From positions 62,867-126,866 of the forward strand of contig LNDV01000031.1 of assembly GCA_001464765.1 (NCBI GenBank): a stretch of DNA of 64,000 bases, written 5' to 3'. Below, piece by piece: positions 38,905 to 48,181 of the stretch (positions are counted from its first letter, which is position 1; each line of letters begins with the position of its first letter). The stretch is from Betaproteobacteria bacterium Ga0077526 (GTDB lineage Bacteria > Pseudomonadota > Gammaproteobacteria > Burkholderiales > Ga0077523). Both the position numbers and the translations under genes were made by a program. Under the pieces are notes generated by a model, which searched no databases, was not told where the DNA came from, and saw only the letters and a list, made by a program, of their open reading frames with translations.

Positions 38905-39399
38905 TTAGAGTATGACCGGGGCGTCCGGCAGTTCGTTGACGGGCGTGTCGCCCGTGCGCGGAAAGTGCCGGGCCAGTTCGGCTCCCACGGCCGTCACGCC
39001 GGCCACGACGCCCTCCTCGAAGCGGCCCGCCCGGAAGGCCGTTTCCATCTCCCGACAGATGCGCTCCCAGACCTCCTGGCCACATCGGCCGTGGATCCCG
39101 CGGTCGGCAACGATCTCGACATCACGGTCGGCCAGCAGCAGGTAGATGAGCACACCGTTGTTATGCTCGGTATCCCAGACACGCAGCAGTGAGAAGACCT
39201 CCAGGGCGCGCTCGGCCGCCGACTCCCGCGCCCATAGCCGCGGGCCATCGAGCGACGCTTCGATCACGACCCGGATCTGCCCGGCGTGAGCCGCCTCGGC
39301 CGCCTTGACCGTGCGCTCGATCCGGGAGAGCGCCTCGTCGGGGAAGCGTCGCCGGACCGATGACCGGTCGGTGAACAGGTGCCGCACCCACCGCTTCAT
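38905..39399 (-). CDS. TPM domain protein
   Basis: VWDTEHNNGVLIYLLLADRDVEIVADRG and NELPD motifs. Confidence 0.9.
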   Translation of the reverse strand: MKRWVRHLFTDRSSVRRRFPDEALSRIERTVKAAEAAHAGQIRVVIEASLDGPRLWARESAAERALEVFSLLRVWDTEHNNGVLIYLLLADRDVEIVADRGIHGRCGQEVWERICREMETAFRAGRFEEGVVAGVTAVGAELARHFPRTGDTPVNELPDAPVIL

Positions 39400-39404
39400 G
39401 GCAC

Positions 39405-40295
39405 TCACCACCGGCCGGAGGCGCCGCCGCCTCCCCCCATGCCGCCGCCCCCACCGCCGAAGCCGCCACCGCCACTGCTCCAGCCGCCGCCACCGCCCGG
39501 AAATCCTCCACTCCAACCCCCGCGCCGACCGCCGCGCATAGGCAACCCGCTCACGCCGGCAGCCAGTGTGAACACGAAGGCGATGACTGCCGCCACGATG
39601 CCGATGGCGACGGCGCCGACGAGGAACCAGGCCGCGCTGCCGGCCAGCCCGCCGACGATGGTGGCCGCGGGAATCCGGCCGACGATGCGCCGGAGGATGC
39701 CGCCCACCACCACGACCAGCATCACGCCGATCACGAACAGCGACTCGAGGTTGCCCGTGATCCCGGACGACGGACTGGAGCGCGGGGACGGCGCCGGCAG
39801 GGCCTCGCCATCCACCAGCCGGATCATGGCGTCCACGCCCGCATCCACGCCACCGGCGAAATCGCCGGCCTTGAACCGCGGCACGATGATGTCGGCGATG
39901 ATCTGCTTGGACACCGCGTCCGACAGCACACCCTCGAGGCCGTACTGGGTCTCGATCCGGAGCGCGCGGTCGTCCTTGGCGATGAGCAGCAGCGCGCCGT
40001 CGTCGACGGCCTTGCGGCCGGGCTTCCAGGCTTCGGTCACGCGGATGGCGTACTGCTCGATGGCCTCGGGCTGCGTGGAGGGCACCAGCAGCACGAAGAT
40101 CTGCGCCCCCTTGCGGGCCTCGAAGGCCTGCAGCTTCGATTCGAGCGCAGCCGACTGGGACGCGGACAACGTGCCGGTCATGTCCGTCACCCGCGCCTTG
40201 AGCGCGGGTACGGGAACCTGGGCAAACGCAGCGCAGACCAGGCCCAGCAGCAGCGCCAGGCCCGGGAGCCAGCGTGCCGGCGACAGCAGTGTCAT
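39405..40295 (-). CDS. TPM domain membrane protein (YgcG-like) with Gly-rich tail
   Basis: RVTDMTGTLS, GRKAVDDGALLL and YGLEG motifs; ends GGGGASGRW. Confidence 0.92.
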   Translation of the reverse strand: MTLLSPARWLPGLALLLGLVCAAFAQVPVPALKARVTDMTGTLSASQSAALESKLQAFEARKGAQIFVLLVPSTQPEAIEQYAIRVTEAWKPGRKAVDDGALLLIAKDDRALRIETQYGLEGVLSDAVSKQIIADIIVPRFKAGDFAGGVDAGVDAMIRLVDGEALPAPSPRSSPSSGITGNLESLFVIGVMLVVVVGGILRRIVGRIPAATIVGGLAGSAAWFLVGAVAIGIVAAVIAFVFTLAAGVSGLPMRGGRRGGWSGGFPGGGGGWSSGGGGFGGGGGGMGGGGGASGRW

Positions 40296-40299
40296 CGCG

Positions 40300-40911
40300 T
40301 CACTTCGCCGGCTGGGACTTGCCAAAGTCCACTTGCGGCGGCTTGGCGATCGCCGCTTCGTTCTCGACCGTGAAGTTGGCCTTTTCCTTGTAGCTGAAAA
40401 CCATCGCGGTCAGATTCACGGGGAACTGGCGGATGTGGGTGTTGTACGTCTGCACGGACTTGATGTAACGGTTGCGGGCCACGGTGATGCGGTTCTCCGT
40501 CCCCTCCAGCTGGGCCTGCAGATCGCGGAAGTTCTGGTCGGACTTGAGCTGCGGATAGTTCTCCGCGACGACCAGTAGCCGCGACAGCGCGGAGGTCATC
40601 TCGCCCTGGGCCTTCATGAAACGGTCGAAGGCGGCCGGATCGTTCACGAGTTCGGGGGTAGCCTGAATGCCGCCGACCTTCGATCGGGCTTCCGTGACGC
40701 CGAGGAGGATTTCCTTCTCCTGATCCGCGAAGCCCTGGACGGTCTTCACGAGGTTGGGAATGAGATCTGCCCGCCGCTGATACTGGTTGACGACCTCGCT
40801 CCAGGCCGCCTTCACTTCCTCGTCCTGGGACTGGATCGTGTTGTAGCCGCAGCCCGACATCACCGCTGCCACCATCAGGACGCCCAGCAAACCCCGCACT
40901 CGTTTCCACAT
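40300..40911 (-). CDS. lemA: LemA family lipoprotein
   Basis: MSGCGYN, YQRRADLIPNLV, ENYPQLK and LEGTENRI motifs. Confidence 0.94.
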   Translation of the reverse strand: MWKRVRGLLGVLMVAAVMSGCGYNTIQSQDEEVKAAWSEVVNQYQRRADLIPNLVKTVQGFADQEKEILLGVTEARSKVGGIQATPELVNDPAAFDRFMKAQGEMTSALSRLLVVAENYPQLKSDQNFRDLQAQLEGTENRITVARNRYIKSVQTYNTHIRQFPVNLTAMVFSYKEKANFTVENEAAIAKPPQVDFGKSQPAK

Positions 40912-40989
40912 CGTTGTGTTCCTCCGGTGAGAAATGCGAGCCCGGCCCCAACTCCGCGACTCATGCGGTAGATATGGGCGGTTTTCGCG

Positions 40990-41811
40990 TTATCCAGGGC
41001 TGGTGATGGACTGACCCGATGCCTGGACGAAACCCGCCATGGTGTCGCGGGCGAAGCAAAGGTCCTCCCACACCTTGGCCTTCTCGGGCAGATTGCGCAG
41101 GAGGTAGGCGGGATGATAGGTCACGATCAGCGGCACGGACCGGTACTCGAGCACGCGGCCCCGCAGTCGGGCGATGGGCTCGTCGGAGCCCAGGAGGTTC
41201 GCGGCCGCCACCTTGCCCAGCGCCACGACGAGGCGGGGCCGGATGAGATCCACCTGCCGCTGCAGGAACGGCATGCACGAGATCGCCTCGGGAGGTTCCG
41301 GATTGCGGTTGCCCGGGGGCCGGCACTTCACGACGTTCGCGATGAAGACGTTCTCGCCACGCCGGAGGCCAATCGCGGCCAGCATGTTGTCGAGCAGCTT
41401 GCCGGCCTGACCCACGAAGGGCTCGCCCTTCGCGTCCTCGTCGGCACCGGGGCCCTCGCCCACGAACAGCCAGTCGGCCGCGCGATCGCCCACGCCGAAG
41501 ACCGTCTTGTTGCGGCGGGCGGCCAGCGCACAGGCTTCGCAGGCCGCCACGGCCTGCTCCAGTTCGGGCCAGTCCATGCGGAGAATCGCTTCGGCGCGCT
41601 CGGACGGGACGATCGGCGCCGCGGCAGGGACTTCGCGGATCGGGATGCGCGAAACCGGCGGGCGTTGCGGCGTCTCGCGGGGTGGGTCGGTCCGATGAAC
41701 ACCTTCGGGCGGCACAGCCTCCTCGAACACCGGGACTTCCGGTGCGAGATCGCGCCGTACCCAGCGCGGGCCCAGACCCAGTTCTTCCAGGACTTCCTTG
41801 CGATCGGTCAT
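40990..41811 (-). CDS. udg: Uracil-DNA glycosylase family 4 (Fe-S)
   Basis: CEACAL, GEGPGADED, KCRPPGNRNP and TYHPAYLLR motifs. Confidence 0.93.
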   Translation of the reverse strand: MTDRKEVLEELGLGPRWVRRDLAPEVPVFEEAVPPEGVHRTDPPRETPQRPPVSRIPIREVPAAAPIVPSERAEAILRMDWPELEQAVAACEACALAARRNKTVFGVGDRAADWLFVGEGPGADEDAKGEPFVGQAGKLLDNMLAAIGLRRGENVFIANVVKCRPPGNRNPEPPEAISCMPFLQRQVDLIRPRLVVALGKVAAANLLGSDEPIARLRGRVLEYRSVPLIVTYHPAYLLRNLPEKAKVWEDLCFARDTMAGFVQASGQSITSPG

Positions 41812-42266
41812 GCGAGGTCCTTGCCCATCAGGATGGCGTCTTCGCGCCCGGTGGTCGCCGGGTAGTAATTGCGCCGCACGGCAAGTTCGTGGAACCCCGC
41901 CTTCATGTAGAGACGGCGGGCCGGGTCGTTGGAACGGCGCACTTCCAGCAGCATGGCATGGGCTCCGAAGTCCCGCGAGCGCCCCTCGAAGAACTCGAGC
42001 AGCCGCCCGCCCAGACCTCTGCCCTGGGCTTCGCGCGACACGCTGATGTTGAGCAGGTGCGCCTCCCCGACCCCGACCATCAGCACGCCGTAGGCGATGA
42101 GGACCTCGTCGGCGTCCACGACCCAGCAGGAATGCCCTGCGACCAGAGAGTCCGCGAAGTTGCCGCGTGTCCACGGATGCGTGTACAGATCGCGCTCGAT
42201 CGCGGCGATGCGGTCGAGGTCCGCCTCGCGCATCGGCCGGTAGTGCTCGCTGGAGGATGCACGCAT
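41808..42266 (-). CDS. rimI: Ribosomal protein S18 alanine N-acetyltransferase
   Basis: EAHLLNI, QGRGLG, LEVRRSN and RRNYY...EDA motifs; lies between tsaB and udg. Confidence 0.92.
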   Translation of the reverse strand: MRASSSEHYRPMREADLDRIAAIERDLYTHPWTRGNFADSLVAGHSCWVVDADEVLIAYGVLMVGVGEAHLLNISVSREAQGRGLGGRLLEFFEGRSRDFGAHAMLLEVRRSNDPARRLYMKAGFHELAVRRNYYPATTGREDAILMGKDLA

Positions 42267-42341
42267 CAGGGCGCCCCTATCGGCTGCCGCCACCCGACCG
42301 CCGCGGGCAGTCCGCGGTTCACCAGGACCGGCCCCGGCGCG

Positions 42342-43013
42342 TCATCGTTCCGCCATCGTGAGGGCGACCTTATCGCGGACGTAGCGCGGCACGAGCGTGT
42401 CCGGCGCCTCGCGGAAGCCTTCCGGGAAGCGGGCCATGGCAAGCGAGGCAACGAAGCCCGCCTCGGACGCCAGGTTGGGCAGGACCGCGCCGACGCGATC
42501 GCCGAAGCGCCCCGCAAGGACGTCCGCATAGCGCGCGAAGCCGTCACCGACGCCCGTCCAACCGGCGCCCTCGGGAAGGAACACGTCTTCCGGCGCGCAG
42601 ACGACCGGCCCCTGCACCGCGACCACATCGCTTGCCCGCCGCTCGAAGCCGGCGGCATACACCTCCTGCATGCGCGCGTCCGTGCAGACGACGACCCGGC
42701 TCGCGCCGCTTCCCCAGGCAATGGCATCCAGGGACCCGACCGCGGCGACGGGCAGCCCCGCCCCGAACGCGAGACCCTGGGCCACCGAAGCCACGATCCG
42801 CAGGCTGGTGAAGGAGCCCGGACCCATGGCCGCGGCGATGCCGTCGAGATCGCCGAGGGTCCACTGCGCTTCCGCGAGGAGTTCGCGGACCATGGGAAGC
42901 AGCAGGTCGGAATGATGGCGGGTGGTGCGCTCGATCCGCTGCCGGATGCCGGCCGGGTCCGCGAGGGCGGCGGAACAGCAATCCGAGGTGCAGTCGAGCG
43001 CGAGAATCTTCAA
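42342..43013 (-). CDS. tsaB: tRNA threonylcarbamoyladenosine biosynthesis protein TsaB
   Basis: TTG start LKILALDCT; GPGSFTSLR, DARMQEVY and PRYVRDKVA motifs. Confidence 0.92.
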   Translation of the reverse strand: MKILALDCTSDCCSAALADPAGIRQRIERTTRHHSDLLLPMVRELLAEAQWTLGDLDGIAAAMGPGSFTSLRIVASVAQGLAFGAGLPVAAVGSLDAIAWGSGASRVVVCTDARMQEVYAAGFERRASDVVAVQGPVVCAPEDVFLPEGAGWTGVGDGFARYADVLAGRFGDRVGAVLPNLASEAGFVASLAMARFPEGFREAPDTLVPRYVRDKVALTMAER

Positions 43014-43227
43014 GGATGGGGCGTGCCGGCAGAGGCTGCGGCGGCGGTCAGCCGACCTCTCCGCCGGGCGTTCAGGGGACCCGGCCGGCGCTCCGGGCGC
43101 AGACCGACGTTGCGACCGATTGTATCGGACGCGGCCGGAGCGGTCGCCCTTTGTATAATCCGCCGGATCGGTGGTTGCCCGGGCCAGGAAGCCACCACCA
43201 CGACAACTCGAAATGCCGGAGGAAGTC

Positions 43228-44511
43228 TTGATCCGTCTTGCCGCCTCGTTCCTGAGTATGGTGTTTGGCGCCTGCATCGCCCTGCCGGGCAGTGCATTCG
43301 CCCAGGAAGCCAAGCCCCTGCGCATCGGCGTCATCACCTTTCTTTCCGGACCGGCAGCCGGCCCCTTCGGCGTCCCCGCGAAGAACGCGGCAGATGTCCT
43401 CGCCGAAGCGCTCAACAAGGGGGGTGTCGTCCCCGGTTACGAGCAGAAGGGCTTCGGCGGGCAGCCGCTTGAACTCGTGTTTGTCGACGAGGCAGGCGGC
43501 CCCAGCAAGGTCGTCACGGAGTACCGCAACCTCGTGAGCCGGCAGAACGTGGACATGGTGATCGGCGTCATCTCCAGCGGCGACTGCCTTGCCGTGGCAC
43601 CGGTCGCCGAGGAGATGAAGAAGCTCACGGTCCTGTTCGACTGCTCCACCAACCGGATCTTCGAGGAGGCGTCGTACAAGTACGTCTTCCGCACGACGAC
43701 GATGGCAACCCAGGAGAACGTGGCAGCCGCCCGCTACATCGCGGACGCCTTCCCGGACCTCCGGAAGTTCTCCGGCATCAATCCGAACTACGCCTGGGGT
43801 CAGGACGCCTGGGCCGACTTCACCGAGACGCTGAAGCAGCTCCGTCCCCAGGCCGAGGTGGCCACGAACGTCACCCCGAAGCTGGGCGCCGGTCAGTACA
43901 ACACCGAGATCTCGGCCCTGCTCGCCTCCAACGCCGAGATGATGCAGAACTCTCTGTGGGGCGGCGACCTCGAGGCCTACATCCTCCAGGCGGCGCCGCG
44001 CGGACTGCTCAGGAAGTCCCCCAACATCATCATCTGCGGCGACACGATCCTGGAACGGCTGGGCAGTCAGCTCTCCGACGGCACGATCATCGGCGCCCGC
44101 GGGCCCAACGGCCCCTTCGCACCCGCCACGAAACTGAACCAGTGGTTCGTGCGCGCCTACCGTGACCAGTTCAAGATGAATCCGGTGTACGCTTCGTATC
44201 ACATGGCGACCGCGTTCTTCGGTGCCAAGGCAGCGTACGAGAAGGCCCTGAAGACGCGCAAGGCAGCGCCGACCCAGGACGACGTGATTGCCGCTTTCGA
44301 GTACCTGAAGTTCGAATCGGTGGCCGGCATCGTCGACATGTCCCTCGGCAAGGGACATCAGGCGGTGCAGCACGTGCCTTACGGCACGATCCGCATGGTG
44401 GGCGGAAAACCGACCCTCACCAATGTGAAGTACTACCCCCCGGAACAGATCAGCCCGCCGGACGGCATGAAGAGCATCGACTGGATCCGTGGAGGATTCA
44501 AACGCAAGTGA
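43228..44511 (+). CDS. ABC transporter substrate-binding protein (branched-chain amino acid/LIVBP type)
   Basis: GGAGGA RBS before TTG; signal peptide; LSGPAAGPFG and NYAWGQD motifs. TATAAT upstream at 43154. Confidence 0.88.
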   Translation: MIRLAASFLSMVFGACIALPGSAFAQEAKPLRIGVITFLSGPAAGPFGVPAKNAADVLAEALNKGGVVPGYEQKGFGGQPLELVFVDEAGGPSKVVTEYRNLVSRQNVDMVIGVISSGDCLAVAPVAEEMKKLTVLFDCSTNRIFEEASYKYVFRTTTMATQENVAAARYIADAFPDLRKFSGINPNYAWGQDAWADFTETLKQLRPQAEVATNVTPKLGAGQYNTEISALLASNAEMMQNSLWGGDLEAYILQAAPRGLLRKSPNIIICGDTILERLGSQLSDGTIIGARGPNGPFAPATKLNQWFVRAYRDQFKMNPVYASYHMATAFFGAKAAYEKALKTRKAAPTQDDVIAAFEYLKFESVAGIVDMSLGKGHQAVQHVPYGTIRMVGGKPTLTNVKYYPPEQISPPDGMKSIDWIRGGFKRK

Positions 44512-44598
44512 CCGGCTTTGGGCCGGCACAGACCGGACGGGCGATGCCCGTGCCGCCTGAGCCGGAGTTCCGACCGGTTCTTACAGGGAGCGCTATCG

Positions 44599-45096
44599 AT
44601 GGCAGTCAATTACCGAATCACCGCTGAAGAGATGATCCGAGCCACGGGCGAACGGGTCACGAACGCCCGCATCGAGATCCTCGCGACGCTCCTCAAGGCT
44701 GAGGGCGCGATGACGCACGGAGAGATCGAATCGCGGCTGGCCCAGGCCTCGGGCATCGACCGGGTCACGGTCTACCGGGTCCTGGACTGGCTTACCGAAC
44801 AGAAGCTCGCCCACAAGATCTCGGGCGACGACCGCGTCTGGCGGTTCAACGTGGCCACAGCGGGCAACGAACACAAGCACGCGCACTTCAAGTGCAACTG
44901 CTGCAGCCGCGTGATCTGCCTCGACGACCTGGGCCGGGGCTGGACGCCCGCCCTGCCCGCCGGCTTCACGCCCCAGGAGATCGATCTCACCATCAAGGGC
45001 CTTTGCGCGGAATGTGCGCCGGACAACCGGACCCACGACCCGCGCAAGCACAAGGTCGCCAAGCCCCGGGCACGACGTCGTGCCGTGACCGCCTGA
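44599..45096 (+). CDS. Fur-family metalloregulator (Zur-like)
   Basis: RVTNAR, DRVTVYRVL, HKHAHFKCNCC and GLCAEC motifs. Confidence 0.88.
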   Translation: MAVNYRITAEEMIRATGERVTNARIEILATLLKAEGAMTHGEIESRLAQASGIDRVTVYRVLDWLTEQKLAHKISGDDRVWRFNVATAGNEHKHAHFKCNCCSRVICLDDLGRGWTPALPAGFTPQEIDLTIKGLCAECAPDNRTHDPRKHKVAKPRARRRAVTA

Positions 45097-45121
45097 CGCA
45101 CCGTCGCTTCGCGCTTCGCGC

Positions 45122-45162
45122 CGCACTTCGCCCCGCACTTCGCCCCGTATAATCCGGGGCGA
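45122..45162 (+). promoter_or_regulatory. dmeF promoter: TATAAT inside an 8-bp inverted repeat, preceded by a 12-bp direct repeat
   Basis: CGCACTTCGCCC x2 (45122-45145); TCGCCCCG-TATAATC-CGGGGCGA (45140-45162). Confidence 0.55.
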
Positions 45163-46400
45163 TGAACTCTCCCTCTCCTGTCGCCGGCGATTCGCCGGTC
45201 CTCGATCGCTGGCGGCAGACGAAAGTCCCCGTTCCCGCGGCCTATGCGGTTGCCGAACGCCGCGCGCGCCTGGTCCTGGTGCTCACGCTCATCACCATGG
45301 TGGCCGAGCTGATAGCCGGCTACATCACCGGGTCCCTGGCCCTGATGGCGGATGGCTGGCACATGGGGTCCCATGCCGCCGCCCTCGGCATCACCACCTT
45401 CGCCTACATCTATGCCAAGCGCAATGCGTCCAACGACCGGTTCTCCTTCGGAACCGGCAAGGTAAGCGCACTTGCCGGCTACTCGAGCGCCCTGCTCCTG
45501 GGGGTGGTGGCCTTTCTGGTGGCATCGGAGTCCGTCGAACGCCTGATCGAACCCACATCGGTGGACTTCAAGGACGCGCTCATCGTCGCGGTGATCGGCC
45601 TGGTGGTGAACCTGACGAGCGCCTTCGTCCTGGGCGGCGGCGGCCACGGTCATGACCATCACGGTCATTCACACGGTCATGCGCACGGGCATGGCCACGG
45701 ACACGGACGGGAACCGGCGCCGGCACGCGCCCGGCACGACGATCACGATCACCATGCACACGGCGATCACGACCACGATGCCCACGGTCATGATCACAGT
45801 CACGGTCATGACCATGACCATGACCATGACCATCACGATCATCGCGCCCATGACGCCAAGGCCCGCGCCGCAGCCGAGACCGGCGCGCGCAGCCACGTCC
45901 ACCTGGCCGACCACGGGCATGACCACAACCTTCGTGCCGCCTATCTGCACGTCGTCGCGGACGCCCTGACGTCCGTCCTCGCCATCGCCGCGCTCACGGC
46001 CGGCGCCTGGCTCGGATGGCTATGGCTCGACCCGCTGGTGGCCTTCGCGGCCGCGCTGCTCATCGCGTGGTGGGCGTGGGGACTGCTGCGCGGTAGCGGT
46101 CGCGTCCTCCTCGATGCGGAAGACTACGGCGAAATGCGTGCGGAGATCTCCCGCATCCTCGAGATCGACACCGACAACCGCGTCGCCGATGTCCGGGTCT
46201 GGAGCCTGGGAGGCACGGCCCGGGCCGCGATTGTCGCCATCGTGACCCACAAGCCGCGCTCGGCGGCCCACTACAAGCGAATGATCGAGCACCTGCCCGA
46301 TCTGTACCACATCACGATCGAGGTCCACGTGTGCGACATCGATCCGTGCGATCTGCACAAATCACTCGAAGCCACGATCACAGGGGAGAAACCAGCATGA
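45162..46400 (+). CDS. dmeF: CDF-family Co/Ni/Zn efflux transporter DmeF
   Basis: SLALMADGWHM, FGTGKV and DHNLRAAYLHVVADALTS motifs; long His-rich loop. Confidence 0.9.
   Translation: MNSPSPVAGDSPVLDRWRQTKVPVPAAYAVAERRARLVLVLTLITMVAELIAGYITGSLALMADGWHMGSHAAALGITTFAYIYAKRNASNDRFSFGTGKVSALAGYSSALLLGVVAFLVASESVERLIEPTSVDFKDALIVAVIGLVVNLTSAFVLGGGGHGHDHHGHSHGHAHGHGHGHGREPAPARARHDDHDHHAHGDHDHDAHGHDHSHGHDHDHDHDHHDHRAHDAKARAAAETGARSHVHLADHGHDHNLRAAYLHVVADALTSVLAIAALTAGAWLGWLWLDPLVAFAAALLIAWWAWGLLRGSGRVLLDAEDYGEMRAEISRILEIDTDNRVADVRVWSLGGTARAAIVAIVTHKPRSAAHYKRMIEHLPDLYHITIEVHVCDIDPCDLHKSLEATITGEKPA
45807..45833 (+). repeat. (CATGAC)4.5 tandem repeat encoding His-Asp in the DmeF loop
   Basis: Direct reading of the sequence. 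Confidence 0.8.
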
Positions 46401-47179
46401 AACCGGACCTCGCCGTCCCGGGAAAGCGCGTCCTCGTCACCGCCGGCGCCGGCGGCATCGGCCGTGCCATCGCCACCACCTTCGCCGATGCCGGCGCCCA
46501 AGTGCACATCTGCGATGTGGACCGGGGCTCGCTGGCCACTTTTGCGAAGGAACGTCCGGGCATCACCGCCACCTATGCCGACGTGTCGAATCTCGCCGAC
46601 GTCGATCGGCTGTTCGACGACGTGCGCAAGCATCTCGGCGGTCTCGACGTCCTCGTCAACAACGCCGGCATCGCCGGCCCGACCGGACGTATCGAGGACA
46701 TCAAGGTCGAGGACTGGGAGCGCTGCATCGCCATCGATCTCAACGGCCTGTTCTACTGCACGCGCCTCGCGATGCCGATGATCAAGGCAGCGGGTGGCGG
46801 CAGCATCATCAGTCTGTCCTCGGCCGCGGGACGGCTGGGCTTCCCCCTGCGCTCGCCCTACGCCGCCGCCAAGTGGGGCGTGGTGGGATTCACAGCGAGT
46901 CTGGCGATCGAAGCCGGCCAGGACGGTGTCCGCGTGAACTGCATCCAGCCCGGCGTGGTGGAGGGTGAGCGGATCGACCGCGTCGCGGCAGCCAAGGCCG
47001 AAGCCTTCGGCATCACGGTGGACGAGATGAAGCAGCGCATGGTCGAGAACGTCTCGATGCGCACGATGGTGAGTGCGCAGGACATCGCCAACATGGCGCT
47101 GTTCCTGGCCTCGGACGCCGGTCGCCACGTCAGCGGCCAGGCCCTCTCCGTGTGCGGCAACCTCGAGACGCTCGCCTGA
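46397..47179 (+). CDS. SDR oxidoreductase
   Basis: TAGAGGIG, NNAG and YAAAK motifs; ATGA overlap with the dmeF stop. Confidence 0.92.
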   Translation: MKPDLAVPGKRVLVTAGAGGIGRAIATTFADAGAQVHICDVDRGSLATFAKERPGITATYADVSNLADVDRLFDDVRKHLGGLDVLVNNAGIAGPTGRIEDIKVEDWERCIAIDLNGLFYCTRLAMPMIKAAGGGSIISLSSAAGRLGFPLRSPYAAAKWGVVGFTASLAIEAGQDGVRVNCIQPGVVEGERIDRVAAAKAEAFGITVDEMKQRMVENVSMRTMVSAQDIANMALFLASDAGRHVSGQALSVCGNLETLA

Positions 47180-47228
47180 GCGGCGCCCCGTCCCCATTTC
47201 CACGAACGCAACTCCTGCAGGCTCACCC

Positions 47229-48167
47229 ATGGAATCCATAGCAGTCATCGGCACCGGCCTCATCGGCCGTGCCTGGGCGATGGTGTTCGCCCGTGCCGGA
47301 CATCCCGTCCGGCTGTTCGACCAGGCGCCCGGCGCGGCGGACAAGGCTCTCGAACTCATCCGTGAGGCACTTGTCGAGACGCGCCGCTTCGGACTGATCG
47401 ACGAAGAACCCGACGTCGTGCTCGCGCGGATCCGCCCCGCCGCCTCACTCGCAGAGGCCGTCGCCGACGCCGACTACGTGCAGGAGAACACCTCCGAGCG
47501 TGAAGACGTCAAGCGCGAAGTGTTCTCGCAGCTCGATGCCGCCGCGCCCGCGCATTGCATCCTCGCCAGTTCGACGTCGACCATCCAGACCTCGCGCTTC
47601 GCCTCGCATGTCGCCGGGCGGCATCGCTGCCTGGTGGCGCATCCGGTGAATCCGCCGCACGTGGTCCCCATCGTGGAACTCTCGCCGGCGCCCTTCACGT
47701 CGCCGGAAGTGGTGGAGCGTGCACGGGTTCTGCACGAGCGCGCGGGCCAGGTCCCCATCCTGGTGCGCAAGGAAGTGGAAGGCTTCATCCTGAACCGCCT
47801 GCAGGCCGCGCTGCTGATCGAATCGTGGCGGCTGGTGGACGAGGGCTACGTGAGCGTCGAGGATCTCGACAAGACGATCCGCGACGGCCTCGGCCTGCGC
47901 TGGGCCTTCATGGGCCCCTTCGAGACCATCGACCTCAACGCGCCCGGCGGCGTCGCGGACTATGCGCAGCGCTACGGTCCCCACCTCTACCGGATGATGC
48001 AGGGGGTCACGAGCCGCCCGTGGGAGGGGGAACTGGTCACCCGCGTCGAGAAGGAGCGCCGCGAGCACATGGCGCACGAAGAACATGCCGAACGCGAAGC
48101 CTGGCGCGATCGCCGGCTGATGGCACTGGTGGCCCACAAGCGGGCCATGGACAAGGACGAAGGCTGA
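47229..48167 (+). CDS. 3-hydroxyacid dehydrogenase (L-gulonate-3-DH / carnitine-DH-like)
   Basis: GTGLIG, SSTS, AHPVNPP, GFILNRLQ and GLGLRWAFMGP motifs. Confidence 0.87.
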   Translation: MESIAVIGTGLIGRAWAMVFARAGHPVRLFDQAPGAADKALELIREALVETRRFGLIDEEPDVVLARIRPAASLAEAVADADYVQENTSEREDVKREVFSQLDAAAPAHCILASSTSTIQTSRFASHVAGRHRCLVAHPVNPPHVVPIVELSPAPFTSPEVVERARVLHERAGQVPILVRKEVEGFILNRLQAALLIESWRLVDEGYVSVEDLDKTIRDGLGLRWAFMGPFETIDLNAPGGVADYAQRYGPHLYRMMQGVTSRPWEGELVTRVEKERREHMAHEEHAEREAWRDRRLMALVAHKRAMDKDEG

Positions 48168-48181
48168 GAGGAGCGATAGAA

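Noticed and set aside
39405-39530. GGC-rich low-complexity repeat
   Set aside because: It encodes the normal Gly-rich tail of YgcG/TPM proteins.
38905-43013. lemA-TPM-TPM and tsaB-rimI-udg as novel systems
   Set aside because: Both are widespread conserved gene clusters.
45097-45160. CRISPR-like repeats
   Set aside because: Only two adjacent 12-mers, with no spacers and no cas genes.
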